From: Clostridia bacterium
Lineage (GTDB): Bacteria > Bacillota > Clostridia > TANB77 > UBA1234
Assembly (NCBI GenBank): GCA_017521465.1
Contig: JAFXCN010000020.1
Coordinates: 5,797-69,796 of the forward strand
Reading direction: 5' to 3'
Length of the DNA stretch: 64,000 nucleotides
Positions within the stretch are counted from its first letter, which is position 1; each line of letters starts with the position of its first letter. The position numbers and the translations under genes are program-made. Of the stretch, positions 46,904 through 57,375 are shown piece after piece. Below the pieces are notes generated by a model. The model was not told the origin of the DNA, searched no databases, and saw only the letters and a list, made by a program, of their open reading frames with translations.

Positions 46904-47048
46904 AAGATGTTTTCCTCCTCAATCTTTAAGTCTACATAATTGTATCACGTAATGTCGAGAAATACAATATATTTTTGTATGTATCAATACTTCCAAATGA
47001 ACTGCGTTACAATAATGAAAAAACCAGAGATTTCTCCCTGGTTTGGTA

Positions 47049-47696
47049 TTATGAAAATAAATTTATTATGAAATCTATAACTGATTTCAGTGGTCCACTA
47101 TTTTCGTAAAAGTCAATTACTTTTTCTTGTATGAATGGAATGTGCCATAATCCAAATAAAACTGCTGCTAATATAATTAATGTAAGAGTTATTCGCAAAT
47201 AGTCTTTAAAGGTTTTCTTATATACTATTGTATATCCCATATCCTCTAAGGCTTTATAATATGCATCATTATATGCTTTTTGTGCTTCGTATTCCTTTCT
47301 TGCTTGCTCTTTTGCAGCTTGCTCTAAGATTTTCTTTTGAGCTTTTTGACTTGACTTTTCATCTTCTACTTTTTCATATGAATATGTTGTTTGCGTATAT
47401 TCTTGTTGAGGTTCAGCATATGCGTATGTTTCTTGTGTAGTAGTATTAGTATATGAATTAACTTCATTTTGCTGTTGCCTTTCATAAGATAATTCTTCAT
47501 CATATTTTTTTCTTTTATCTGGATTTGAAAGTGTTTCATACGCAGTAGTTACTTCTTTGAATTTTTCTTCCGCTTCTTTTGGATTATCTAAATTCATATC
47601 AGGATGATATTTTTTTGCAAGTAATTTATATACTCTTTCAATTACTTCTTGAGAAGCGGTTTCATTTACTTCCAATATTTCATAATAATTTTTCAT
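47049..47696 (-). CDS. J-domain protein with C-terminal TM anchor
   Basis: DnaJ motif YYEILEV...KYHPD; Q/E/Y-rich linker; C-terminal hydrophobic segment. Confidence 0.7.
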   Translation of the reverse strand: MKNYYEILEVNETASQEVIERVYKLLAKKYHPDMNLDNPKEAEEKFKEVTTAYETLSNPDKRKKYDEELSYERQQQNEVNSYTNTTTQETYAYAEPQQEYTQTTYSYEKVEDEKSSQKAQKKILEQAAKEQARKEYEAQKAYNDAYYKALEDMGYTIVYKKTFKDYLRITLTLIILAAVLFGLWHIPFIQEKVIDFYENSGPLKSVIDFIINLFS

Positions 47697-47726
47697 ATGG
47701 CATTCCTCTTTCGTAACTTCATGCTT

Positions 47727-49157
47727 TTAATATTGTATTCCCCAAACAACCATTGTTTTAGCAGGTTTTCCGCAACAAATACATGTATCTGAAATATGTT
47801 CTTGTTCTTCTTCAAATGGAATACATCTTGATTTTGTTCCTCTAATTTCTTTCATCTTTAATTCACATTCTGTATCACCACACCACATAGCTTTTACAAA
47901 ACCAGGTCTGTTTGTCATAATGTCTTTTACTTCGTCAAGTGTAGTAGCAGTATATGTTTGAGAATCTCTTCTAGCTTTAGCTGTTTCAAATAAGTTGTTT
48001 TGAATATTTTCCATTAATTCTTTTACGTATGAAACTAGATCTGTATCAAGACTTATAGTCATCTTTTCTCTTGTATCACGTCTAGCTATAGTTAATTGGT
48101 TAGCATCCAAATCTTTTGGTCCTACTTCTATTCTTACTGGAATTCCATTTGTTTCATGTTCTGCAAATTTAAATCCAGGTGATTTTTCTGTATAATCACC
48201 AAATGCAGTAATTCCACTTGCTTTCAATGTATCAACGATTTCTTTAGCCTTATTAATTACTCTTTCATCAGTTCCTATTGGAACAACTGCAACTTGTCTT
48301 GGAGCAATTTTTGGTGGTAATACTAATCCGTTATCGTCACTATGTACCATGATTAGGCCACCAATCATTCTTGTAGAGACTCCCCATGATGTTTGATATG
48401 GATTCTCTAATTCATTATTTTTATTTGTAAATGTTACTTCAAATGGTTTTGAAAATTTTTGACCGAAGTAATGAGAAGTTCCAGATTGAAGTGAAACACC
48501 ATTATACATTAATGCTTCTACTGTGTATGTATATTCTGCACCAGCAAATTTTTCTTTTTCTGTTTTTTGTCCAACTATTACTGGAATGGCTAAATAATCT
48601 TCAAAGAATTTTTTGTATACATTTAACATTCTTAGTGTTTCTTCTTCAGCCTCTTTTGCTGTTTCGTGCATTGTGTGTCCTTCTTGCCATAAGAATTCTC
48701 TAGAACGTAAGAAAGGTCTTGTCTCTTTTTCCCATCTTACTACATTACACCATTGATTATATAGCATTGGTAAATCTCTATGTGAATTTATTGCATTTGC
48801 ATAGTATTCGCAGAATAATGTTTCAGAAGTTGGTCTAACGCACATTCTTTCTTCTAATTCTTTAGAACCACCATGCGTAACCCAAGCAACTTCTGGAGCA
48901 AATCCTTCTACATGCTCTTTTTCTCTATTTAATAAGCTTTCAGGAATGAATAAAGGCATATATAGATTTCTATGTCCTGTTTCTTTAAACATACCATCTA
49001 ATGTTTTTTGAATATTTTCCCATATAGCATATCCATTGGGCTCTATAATCACACATCCTTTTACAGATGAGTAAGTAGCAAGCTTAGCAGCTCTTACAAT
49101 ATCATCATACCATTTTGCAAAATCTACATCTCTTGGTGTGATCGCTTTGTTTTTCAT
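47727..49157 (-). CDS. proS: proline--tRNA ligase, archaeal/eukaryal type
   Basis: Class IIa ProRS of about 480 aa with terminal Tyr. Start MKNKAIT at 49157 behind GAAAGGA. Confidence 0.9.
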   Translation of the reverse strand: MKNKAITPRDVDFAKWYDDIVRAAKLATYSSVKGCVIIEPNGYAIWENIQKTLDGMFKETGHRNLYMPLFIPESLLNREKEHVEGFAPEVAWVTHGGSKELEERMCVRPTSETLFCEYYANAINSHRDLPMLYNQWCNVVRWEKETRPFLRSREFLWQEGHTMHETAKEAEEETLRMLNVYKKFFEDYLAIPVIVGQKTEKEKFAGAEYTYTVEALMYNGVSLQSGTSHYFGQKFSKPFEVTFTNKNNELENPYQTSWGVSTRMIGGLIMVHSDDNGLVLPPKIAPRQVAVVPIGTDERVINKAKEIVDTLKASGITAFGDYTEKSPGFKFAEHETNGIPVRIEVGPKDLDANQLTIARRDTREKMTISLDTDLVSYVKELMENIQNNLFETAKARRDSQTYTATTLDEVKDIMTNRPGFVKAMWCGDTECELKMKEIRGTKSRCIPFEEEQEHISDTCICCGKPAKTMVVWGIQY

Positions 49158-49302
49158 GTTATATATCATTCCTTTCGATAATTTAATACATGGATTATAT
49201 ACCAAAAACTCGAAAATATCAACAATTTAGCTGAAAACTTCCCATATATTACATTTGAATTGCATCAATTAGAGGTCTATAATTAATTTAAGAGGTGTTC
49301 GT

Positions 49303-49626
49303 ATGAGAAATATTACAGTTACATTGATTACAAATAAGCAGAATGAAATAAAGAATTTTATTGATAGTTTTTATAATATTAATACGGATATTTCTCCAAA
49401 AACATTTAGATGGAGTGGTACTTTTGTTACTTTTATTGATACTATTGATATTTTAGCTGTATTAATTGATAATCAAGAAAAATATTGTATTGAGCCATTT
49501 GTCGAGCTTGCAAAAGGCACTACAATTAAGATTACCGCTTCCAACCTAGAAACATATATAAAATATGCAATTAATCAATACATACAAAAAAATCGGCTTT
49601 TAACAGCCGATTTTCATTTTTTTTAA
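49303..49626 (+). CDS. hypothetical protein
   Basis: 107 aa. Ends within the bidirectional terminator AATCGGCTGTTAAAAGCCGATT. Confidence 0.35.
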   Translation: MRNITVTLITNKQNEIKNFIDSFYNINTDISPKTFRWSGTFVTFIDTIDILAVLIDNQEKYCIEPFVELAKGTTIKITASNLETYIKYAINQYIQKNRLLTADFHFF

Positions 49627-50615
49627 AATTCTGTTTTCTTTCCTCTTGTCATTAAGTTAAGTGTAGCTTCTTTAACACTCTTGTTATTGTGTAAGATATC
49701 ATATATTTCAGTGATTATTGGTGCATATATATCATATTTTTTAACTAAGACATATGCTCCTTCAACTGCATTAACACCTTCAACAACCATTCCAACTTGT
49801 TTTTTTGCTTCTTCAAGTGTTAAACCTTGACCAAGTAAAATTCCACATTTTCTATTTCTACTATGTACACTTGAACAAGTAACGAACAAATCACCAAGCC
49901 CAGTTAATCCATAGAATGTTTGCATATCTGCACCAACGGCAGTTCCGATTCTTGATATCTCAAGTAGGCCTCTAGTAATAAGTGCAGCAAGTGCATTATC
50001 GCCAAAGCCAAGACCATGTGCCATACCACAACATAATGCGATTATATTCTTTAATGAGCCACCAAGCTCTACTCCAAGAATATCTGTGTTTGTATATACT
50101 CTAAAATGTTCGCACATGAAAGTATCTTGTAACATAGTAAGTAATTCTTCATCTTTTGATGCTATTACAACAGCAGTTGGAAGTAATTTTATAACTTCTT
50201 CTGCGTGGCTTGGGCCAGATAAAGCAGCAACCTTATTATTTGGATATATCTCCTCTATTACTTCAGTGAAAACCTTTTGAGTATCAGGTTCCATTCCTTT
50301 AGAACATAGTAAAAATACTTGATTATCTTTTACAAAAGGTTTCATACTATTTAATGTGGAACGAATTGCCATAGATGGAGTAACTATTAAAATTATTTCA
50401 GTATCTTTTATTGCTTCTTCCAAAGAAGTATAACAAGGTAAATTGTCTGGCAATGTATGTTCAGGTAAGAACTTACATTTTTTCTCATTATTAATCATAT
50501 CTGCTTCTTCTTGGCTGTATGACCAAATTTTAACGTCATGTCCATTGTTATTTAATAAATATGCTAATGCAACTCCCCAGCTTCCACTACCAATAACACT
50601 AATTTTTTTTGACAT
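49623..50615 (-). CDS. gpsA: NAD(P)H-dependent glycerol-3-phosphate dehydrogenase
   Basis: N-terminal ISVIGSGSWG Rossmann motif and full-length GpsA similarity. Confidence 0.95.
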   Translation of the reverse strand: MSKKISVIGSGSWGVALAYLLNNNGHDVKIWSYSQEEADMINNEKKCKFLPEHTLPDNLPCYTSLEEAIKDTEIILIVTPSMAIRSTLNSMKPFVKDNQVFLLCSKGMEPDTQKVFTEVIEEIYPNNKVAALSGPSHAEEVIKLLPTAVVIASKDEELLTMLQDTFMCEHFRVYTNTDILGVELGGSLKNIIALCCGMAHGLGFGDNALAALITRGLLEISRIGTAVGADMQTFYGLTGLGDLFVTCSSVHSRNRKCGILLGQGLTLEEAKKQVGMVVEGVNAVEGAYVLVKKYDIYAPIITEIYDILHNNKSVKEATLNLMTRGKKTEF

Positions 50616-50625
50616 AAAATCCTCC

Positions 50626-51291
50626 TTACTTTAATTCTGCATTCTTTTCTGCTTTTGTTTTCCATAGTTTATTTTCTGTACCGTTATATATTCTTTTAAT
50701 ATTGCTTCTATGTCTTATAAGAGCCATTGCGGCAATTATTATTGAAAAACCTAAATAAATCCATTTGTTTGTAAATGCTTCACCTTGAATTAATACTAAT
50801 ACTGGATATAAAATTGCTGCTGCAATAGATCCAACAGAAACCATTCTAGTAACAATCATTAATACTAATGCAAATACTAAACAAACAAGTCCAAGTTGCC
50901 ATTCAACTGTAAGTAAAACGCCAAGCGATGTTGCAATTCCTTTTCCACCTTTAAATCCATAATAGATAGGAAAATTATGGCCAAGAATTACTCCAATACT
51001 AGATAATGCAATTGCTAAATCATTATATGGTATTGTTGTACCTTCAACTTGTCCAATTGATATAAGCCATTTGCCTACGAAAATAGCTATAACTGCTTTT
51101 AATACATCAAAAATTAATACTATTATTGCTGGTAATTTGCCAAGTGTACGAAGTGTATTAGTTGTTCCTGCGTTACCACTTCCATGTTCTCTGATATCAC
51201 CTTTGCCCATTAATTTTGATAAAATAATTGATAAATTAATACTTCCTATTAAATATGCAGCAATAGTTATTACGATTAATTGCCATGCCAT
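50626..51291 (-). CDS. plsY: glycerol-3-phosphate acyltransferase PlsY
   Basis: PlsY motifs SGNAGTTN and HNFPIYYGFKGGKG. Confidence 0.95.
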   Translation of the reverse strand: MAWQLIVITIAAYLIGSINLSIILSKLMGKGDIREHGSGNAGTTNTLRTLGKLPAIIVLIFDVLKAVIAIFVGKWLISIGQVEGTTIPYNDLAIALSSIGVILGHNFPIYYGFKGGKGIATSLGVLLTVEWQLGLVCLVFALVLMIVTRMVSVGSIAAAILYPVLVLIQGEAFTNKWIYLGFSIIIAAMALIRHRSNIKRIYNGTENKLWKTKAEKNAELK

Positions 51292-51387
51292 AAAATCACC
51301 CTCCTAAATATTATACAGTTATTATAATATAACAATAAAGGAAATGCAACGAATAGTGAAAAGTGAAGAGTGAAGAGTAAATGAAAA

Positions 51388-51432
51388 GAGATAATAAACT
51401 GAACCATCCGTTCAATTTATTATCTCTTTTTT
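51388..51432. terminator. bidirectional terminator after der
   Basis: Perfect 12-bp stem AGAGATAATAAA / TTTATTATCTCT with A-run and T-run flanks. Confidence 0.65.
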
Positions 51433-52769
51433 TATACTAGCTTGTCTTCTTTCTTTTTCTCTCTTATCATAATTCGCACAGGAGTGCCTTTAAATCCAAA
51501 ATTCTTTCTAAGTTGATTCTCTATATACCTTTGATAAGAAAAATGGAATAATTTCGCATTATTACAGAATACGACGAATGTAGGTGGTCTTGTAGAAGCT
51601 TGAGTTGCATAATATATTTTCAATCTTCTACCTTTATCACTTGGTGGTTGCACCAATGTAACTGCTTCGTTCATAACGTTATTAAGCATACCAGTTGTAA
51701 TACGCATAGCATTTTGCTCATTTACTTCGTTAATTAGTGGGAATAATTTATCTATTCTTTGGCCGGTTTTGGCTGATACAAATAAAATTGGTGCATATGT
51801 TAGATACGCAAGTTTTGTATAAACCTCTTTAGTATATTTTTCTAAAGAACCAGTTTCCTTATCTTCTATAGCATCCCATTTATTAACTAAAATTATAACA
51901 CCTTTACCAGCTTCATGTGCTTCTCCAGCTATTTTAGCATCTTGGTCGGTTACGCCTTGTGTAGCATCGATAACTAAAACACAAACATCGGCTTTTTCAA
52001 TTGCAGCAAGTGCTCTTATTATACTATATTTTTCAATTTCTTCTTCGATTTTACTTTTTCTACGAATTCCAGCTGTATCTACAAATATATATTTACCATG
52101 TTTATTTTCAAACTTAGAGTCAATTGCATCTCTTGTAGTTCCTGCGATATTAGAAACAATAAGTCTTTCTTCTCCAAGAATTTTATTAATAAGTGAAGAT
52201 TTTCCAGCATTAGGTTTTCCGATTACAGCAACATGAACGTATTCACTATCTTCTTCATTATCTATTTCTTCTGGGAATTTTTCATATATTGCATCTAGAA
52301 CTTCACCAGTTCCAAGTTTGTTAAGTGATGAAACTGGAAGCGGGTCCCCAAGTCCTAGATTGTAGAATTCATACAATTCAGCAGGTGTTTCACCAATTCT
52401 ATCAGCTTTGTTACAAACTAGAACTATTGGTTTTTTAGTTCTTCTAAGCATTGTAGCTACTTCGTAGTCAGAAGCGGTAACCCCTTGCTTGATATCCGTT
52501 AAAAAGATAATAACATCAGCCATTTCCATAGCGATTTCAGCTTGTCTTTTCATTTGAACAAGAATTTCATCATCAGATTTAGGTTCAATACCACCAGTAT
52601 CAATTAAAGTGAATTTTTTACCTCTCCACTCTGTATCAGCATAAATTCTATCTCTAGTAACACCAGGAGTATCTTGTACAATAGAAATTCTTTCTCCAAC
52701 TATATAATTAAAAAATGTAGATTTTCCTACATTTGGTCTTCCAATTAAAGCAACTATTGGTTTTGCCAT
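51432..52769 (-). CDS. der: ribosome-associated GTPase Der (EngA)
   Basis: Tandem GTPase domains (GRPNVGKS and GKPNAGKS) plus a KH-like C-terminus. Start MAKPIVAL at 52769. Confidence 0.95.
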   Translation of the reverse strand: MAKPIVALIGRPNVGKSTFFNYIVGERISIVQDTPGVTRDRIYADTEWRGKKFTLIDTGGIEPKSDDEILVQMKRQAEIAMEMADVIIFLTDIKQGVTASDYEVATMLRRTKKPIVLVCNKADRIGETPAELYEFYNLGLGDPLPVSSLNKLGTGEVLDAIYEKFPEEIDNEEDSEYVHVAVIGKPNAGKSSLINKILGEERLIVSNIAGTTRDAIDSKFENKHGKYIFVDTAGIRRKSKIEEEIEKYSIIRALAAIEKADVCVLVIDATQGVTDQDAKIAGEAHEAGKGVIILVNKWDAIEDKETGSLEKYTKEVYTKLAYLTYAPILFVSAKTGQRIDKLFPLINEVNEQNAMRITTGMLNNVMNEAVTLVQPPSDKGRRLKIYYATQASTRPPTFVVFCNNAKLFHFSYQRYIENQLRKNFGFKGTPVRIMIREKKKEDKLV

Positions 52770-52859
52770 TTTTTTCACCTCGATACCTATTTTACATAAA
52801 AAAGTGCAGAATGTCAATCAAATTTTAGAGTATGTCTGTAACATATTACCGTACGTATC

Positions 52860-52945
52860 AAAGCTTCCGAAGGAAGCTTTTTTCCAGGGCGAAAAAACGG
52901 TTTAGCCCGCGCAGCGGCGCCCTGGGAAAACGAACTGCGTTATAT
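52860..52945 (-). repeat. GC-rich multi-hairpin repeat element, copy C (inverted relative to copy B)
   Basis: The reverse complement matches 61630-61712 with a few substitutions. Contains AAGCTTCCGAAGGAAGCTT (UUCG tetraloop hairpin) followed by T6. Confidence 0.85.
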
Positions 52946-53016
52946 CAATTTGCTATGTTGCTGACATTTCCGGTGTATAAAAAAGTGCCCGCCATGACCT
53001 GGCGGGCGAAGAAAAA

Positions 53017-53313
53017 TTACGCAGTGGCGGCTTCGACTTCCGCACGCAGCGCATCGTTGTCAAAATGAATTTCATTGAGAGAAACAGCCCTCTTCAGGAC
53101 AGCTTCCAGCGAATTCTGCAACTTAATAAACGGTACGAGCAACAGAGACTCGTTCATCTGATACTTTGCAATCTTTGCGGGATCGTCAGAATCCCACCAG
53201 GATACCTTGCCGTACTTGTCCATCACTGCGAGATAGGATTCTTCCTTTTCAGCAGGGACCTGCAGCACATTCCTGACATAATTCCGACGGATAACCAGCA
53301 TACGATCGACCAT
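53017..53313 (-). CDS. GC-rich hypothetical protein
   Basis: 98-aa ORF in a roughly 50% GC segment. GC-rich terminator GCCCGCCAGGTCATGGCGGGC at 52975-53010. Confidence 0.4.
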   Translation of the reverse strand: MVDRMLVIRRNYVRNVLQVPAEKEESYLAVMDKYGKVSWWDSDDPAKIAKYQMNESLLLVPFIKLQNSLEAVLKRAVSLNEIHFDNDALRAEVEAATA

Positions 53314-53383
53314 GATGATGTACCTCCTAAAGTTTTATAGGTTTACATAGTATATCATGTTTGTTCTAATTTGTCAAAGAAAT

Positions 53384-53635
53384 TTAGTTATTTTGTGTAA
53401 AAAGATTTTTTACAGTTGCAACTTCTTCTGGTGTAGCCATTTCCGCTGGTTGATAATATCCTTTTGATTGAGCTACCTTATATAAGTCGTATTGGAATGT
53501 TTCACAGCTATTTCTTATGTCTTGAATAGTCTTTCTAAATTCTGGGCAAGAAGCTTGCGCAATTACTCCTGCATAAGTTCCTAAACTACTATTTACTTGT
53601 GATAAAACATCATTTACCATATATTTTTCTAGCAT
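53384..53635 (-). CDS. spore coat protein F-like (Coat_F domain)
   Basis: Resembles YraD/YraF/CotF-like small coat proteins (NDVLSQVNSSLGTYAGVIAQASCPEFRKTIQDIRNSCETFQYDLY). Confidence 0.5.
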   Translation of the reverse strand: MLEKYMVNDVLSQVNSSLGTYAGVIAQASCPEFRKTIQDIRNSCETFQYDLYKVAQSKGYYQPAEMATPEEVATVKNLFTQNN

Positions 53636-53647
53636 ACTTATCCTCCT

Positions 53648-53839
53648 TTAGTTAATTGTTAAAAAACTCATTAATTTTTGTTTTGTGTTTAATGCATCTT
53701 GCGCAGATTTTTCAAACATTTGTTTAATTTGTGGATCCGTACAAGTATTTGCATAGTTTGTTAATTTTTGATAAGAAGTCTCATGTGCTCCTACCAAATG
53801 TCTTACATTTTGTAATTCTACTTCATTTAACTTTGGCAT
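53648..53839 (-). CDS. small spore-coat-F-associated protein
   Basis: 63-aa partner ORF typical of yraE/yraG-like pairs. Confidence 0.35.
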   Translation of the reverse strand: MPKLNEVELQNVRHLVGAHETSYQKLTNYANTCTDPQIKQMFEKSAQDALNTKQKLMSFLTIN

Positions 53840-53966
53840 AATATTACCTCCTTATATATTTTCTTATAGTAGTATTACCTAAAATTTGGTAGTTATTCAT
53901 TATCAATAATATTTTATGGTGATATAAAAAAGATGACCGCTTTGACTTAAGTGGTCATCCTCTCTT

Positions 53967-56336
53967 TTAAACTCTTATCCTTACATTGCATTCAGCACTT
54001 ACTTTTTCGATAATCTTATTAAATAATGATAATACTTCTTCATCACTTAATGTTTTTTCTTTATCGTTGAATGTTAATTTGTATGCTATAGATTTTTCAT
54101 CTTCTTTTACGTTTTCACCAGTGTATACATCAAATACTTCTATGTTAGTTAATAGTTTTCCGCCAGCTTTTTTGATAGCTGCTTCTACTACTTCTGATCT
54201 CATTTCTTTATTCATTACGAATGCTACGTCTTTTACAACACTTGGGAATTTAGAAATTTCTTTATATTTCATTTTCTTTGAGTTATTGGTATCTGCTAAT
54301 AATTTTTCAAGATTTACTTCTAAAACATAAATATTATCTTTAGAAACGTTAGGATGAATTTTTCCTATTATTCCTACTTTTTCACCAGCAAGCATTATGC
54401 TAGCAGATTGGCCTGGATGAAGTTCTACAGGAAGATCTTCAATAGCCAATTTGTATTCACCAGCAAATCCTAAATGATCTAACATTTCTTCCATTACACC
54501 TTTTATAGTGTAGAAATTTACTTGTTCTTTATCAATACCAACAACATAGTTTCCTGTCATTAATGCAGCCAAATTTAATTGTTCTCCATATTTTCCATCT
54601 TTCTTATAGAAGCTCTTTCCTATTTCAAATATAGAAATATCTTTTTGATTACGAGCCTTATTATATTCGTAAATCATTTTTAGTGATGGAATTAAACTAT
54701 ATCTTAATGCATTTCTTTCTTCTGTCATTGGATCTAATATTTTTACTGTATCAAATTCATCAGTTGTATATTTATGAACCTCTCTTTCTGGAATTAAAGC
54801 ATAGCTTAATGTTTCATTAAGACCAAGTTCAACCATTTTGTTTCTAACACTTCTTTTGGCCTTATCATAGCTTCCTGTTTTTAAAGGTAAAACAATTGGT
54901 TTAGCAACTATTTTATCCATACCATATATACGGCCAACTTCTTCGATTAAGTCTTCTTTTATAGATATATCTAATCTTCTAGAAGGCACAAGAACAGTCA
55001 AAATGTTTTCATTAACTCTAGTTTCAAATCCAAGTCTTTTGAATATTCCAATAACTTCTTCTCTAGGGATTTCAATTCCTAAGACTTGATTTATTTTTTC
55101 AAATGTTACATCAATTTCTTTGTCTTCTTTATTAGTTTTGTCATGAACAATTAGTCCACTAACTATTTCTGCGCCTGCAAGTTTTTCAAGCAAGTTACAA
55201 CTTCTCTCGATTGCCATATATGTTCTCTTTGGATCTAATCCTTTTTCGAATCTGTTACTTGCTTCGCTTCTTAATACTTTTTTAGAAGTTAAACGAATTT
55301 TAACTGCATCGAATATAGCAGATTCAATTAAGATATTTTTTGTATCTTCAGTAACTTCAGTTGAGAAACCACCCATTACACCAGCAAGACCAATAGCTTC
55401 TGTTTTATTAGCAATTACGATATCACTTTCGCTTAATATTCTTTCTTGTTCATCAAGAGTCATTAACTTTTCATCATTATTTGCATGTCTTACAACAATT
55501 GTATCTCCTAATTTATCTGCATCATAGAAATGAAGTGGTTGACCAACTTCAAGCATTACATAGTTACTTATATCTACAACATTATTAATTGGTCTAATAC
55601 CAGAAGCTATAAGTCTATTTCTTAACCATTCTGGACTCTCTTTTATCACAACATTGTTTACTCTTTTTGCTAAGAATAGTGGGCAATCTTCTGTTTTGAT
55701 ATCTAGATTAAATTTACCATCAATATTTTCTGAAGATTCTGTATATGATAAATCAATAGGTTTTACTTCTTTATCATATATTGCTCCAATTTCATGAGCC
55801 ATACCCAAAATACTAAGCAAGTCTCCTCTATTTGCAGTAAGTTCGAAATCAATTACTTCGTCATCTAACTGTAAATATTTAACTGGATCTTCACCTGGAA
55901 CTGCGTCTTCGCCAAGTTCGATAATTCCTTCTACATCTTTTGGTCTTAAGTATTTATGTTCTATACCTAATTCTTCTAAAGAGCACATCATACCATATGA
56001 TTCTACTCCTCTTATTTTACTGGCTTTTATTTTGAAATCTCCTGGTAGAACTGCACCTACTAAAGCAACAACTACTTTTATACCAACCCTTGCATTAGGC
56101 GCACCACAAACGATTTGAAGTGTTTCTTTTCCAACATTTACTTTACATACATGTAAATGATCAGAGTCAGGATGCATCTCGCATTCTAATATTTCACCAA
56201 TTACTAAGTTAGTAGCATTTATTAATTTTTCAGCACTATCGTATTCATTACCAACGTTAGTCATATCGTCAGCAAGTGTTTTATAATCAACTGGAATATC
56301 TATATAGTCTTTTACAAAATTAGTACTTAATTTCAT
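53967..56336 (-). CDS. pheT: phenylalanine--tRNA ligase beta subunit
   Basis: Full-length PheT architecture (tRNA-binding, B3/4, B5 and FDX-ACB domains). Start is about 56336-56345, overlapping the pheS stop. Confidence 0.95.
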   Translation of the reverse strand: MKLSTNFVKDYIDIPVDYKTLADDMTNVGNEYDSAEKLINATNLVIGEILECEMHPDSDHLHVCKVNVGKETLQIVCGAPNARVGIKVVVALVGAVLPGDFKIKASKIRGVESYGMMCSLEELGIEHKYLRPKDVEGIIELGEDAVPGEDPVKYLQLDDEVIDFELTANRGDLLSILGMAHEIGAIYDKEVKPIDLSYTESSENIDGKFNLDIKTEDCPLFLAKRVNNVVIKESPEWLRNRLIASGIRPINNVVDISNYVMLEVGQPLHFYDADKLGDTIVVRHANNDEKLMTLDEQERILSESDIVIANKTEAIGLAGVMGGFSTEVTEDTKNILIESAIFDAVKIRLTSKKVLRSEASNRFEKGLDPKRTYMAIERSCNLLEKLAGAEIVSGLIVHDKTNKEDKEIDVTFEKINQVLGIEIPREEVIGIFKRLGFETRVNENILTVLVPSRRLDISIKEDLIEEVGRIYGMDKIVAKPIVLPLKTGSYDKAKRSVRNKMVELGLNETLSYALIPEREVHKYTTDEFDTVKILDPMTEERNALRYSLIPSLKMIYEYNKARNQKDISIFEIGKSFYKKDGKYGEQLNLAALMTGNYVVGIDKEQVNFYTIKGVMEEMLDHLGFAGEYKLAIEDLPVELHPGQSASIMLAGEKVGIIGKIHPNVSKDNIYVLEVNLEKLLADTNNSKKMKYKEISKFPSVVKDVAFVMNKEMRSEVVEAAIKKAGGKLLTNIEVFDVYTGENVKEDEKSIAYKLTFNDKEKTLSDEEVLSLFNKIIEKVSAECNVRIRV

Positions 56337-57375
56337 TTTCCTCATCCTTTCTGTCAAATTGTTCTAAGAAACGAATATCGTTTGTATATAAAAGTCTTAT
56401 ATCTGTGATTGCGTATTTAAACATTGCAAGTCTATCAAGACCTGTACCGAATGCAAATCCAGTATATTTGTCTGGGTCATATCCGCTCATTTTAAGTACA
56501 TTTGGATGTACCATACCTGCACCTAAAAGTTCAATCCAACCAGTTTGTTTACAAAGATTACATCCTTTACCACCACATTTGAAGCAAGTAACGTCAACTT
56601 CACAAGAAGGTTCTGTGAATGGGAAATAACTTGGTCTGAATCTTATTTGTGTATTTTCACCTAATAATTTTTTAGCTAAAATTTCAAGTGTTCTCTTTAA
56701 ATCAGCAAGTGATACATTTTCATCAATAACTAATCCTTCAACTTGTGCGAATTGATGAGAGTGTGTAGCATCATCATCTCTACGATAAGTTTTACCAGGA
56801 CAGATAATTCTGATTGGTGATTTTTCTTTGTTGGCTTGCATTACTCTTGATTGAGAAGCAGATGTTTGTGTTCTAAGCAAATATTCATCATCAATATAGA
56901 ATGTGTCTTGTGCATCTCTTGCAGGATGACCAACGTAGTAATTTAAAAGTCTGAAGCAATGTTCATCATCTTCAAGTTCTGGACCGTCGTAAACGTCATA
57001 TCCCATTGATACGAATAAGTCCTCTACTTCTTCTATAATTCTATTTAATGGATGTTTAGATCCTCTTTTAATTTTTTTACTTGGAAGTGAAATATCAATA
57101 GTATCTTTCTTTAATTTTTCATTTACAATTTCTTCTTGAATTTTTGTTTGTGTAGCTGTAAACAAATCATTAAATAGTACCCTAACTGAATTTACTATCA
57201 TTCCGTATTCTTTCTTTTCTTCAGGAGCTACATCTTTAATGCCGTTATTAAGTTCAGTAATTAGTCCTTTCTTACCCATATACATGGCTTTTAGATCATT
57301 AAGTTCTTGCATAGTTTTAATCTCTGCAAACTTTTGAGTTATCTCTTGTTTTAATTGTTCGATTTTCTCTTGCAT
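56320..57375 (-). CDS. pheS: phenylalanine--tRNA ligase alpha subunit
   Basis: Class II motifs (FRPSYFPFTEP, GAGMVHPNVL). Start MQEKIEQ at 57375 behind AAAGGAA. Confidence 0.95.
   Translation of the reverse strand: MQEKIEQLKQEITQKFAEIKTMQELNDLKAMYMGKKGLITELNNGIKDVAPEEKKEYGMIVNSVRVLFNDLFTATQTKIQEEIVNEKLKKDTIDISLPSKKIKRGSKHPLNRIIEEVEDLFVSMGYDVYDGPELEDDEHCFRLLNYYVGHPARDAQDTFYIDDEYLLRTQTSASQSRVMQANKEKSPIRIICPGKTYRRDDDATHSHQFAQVEGLVIDENVSLADLKRTLEILAKKLLGENTQIRFRPSYFPFTEPSCEVDVTCFKCGGKGCNLCKQTGWIELLGAGMVHPNVLKMSGYDPDKYTGFAFGTGLDRLAMFKYAITDIRLLYTNDIRFLEQFDRKDEENEIKY

Noticed and set aside
52832-53340. Plus-strand ORFs 52832-53068 and 53065-53340
   Set aside because: The first spans the GC-rich repeat element and terminator. 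The second is antisense to the GC-rich minus-strand gene.
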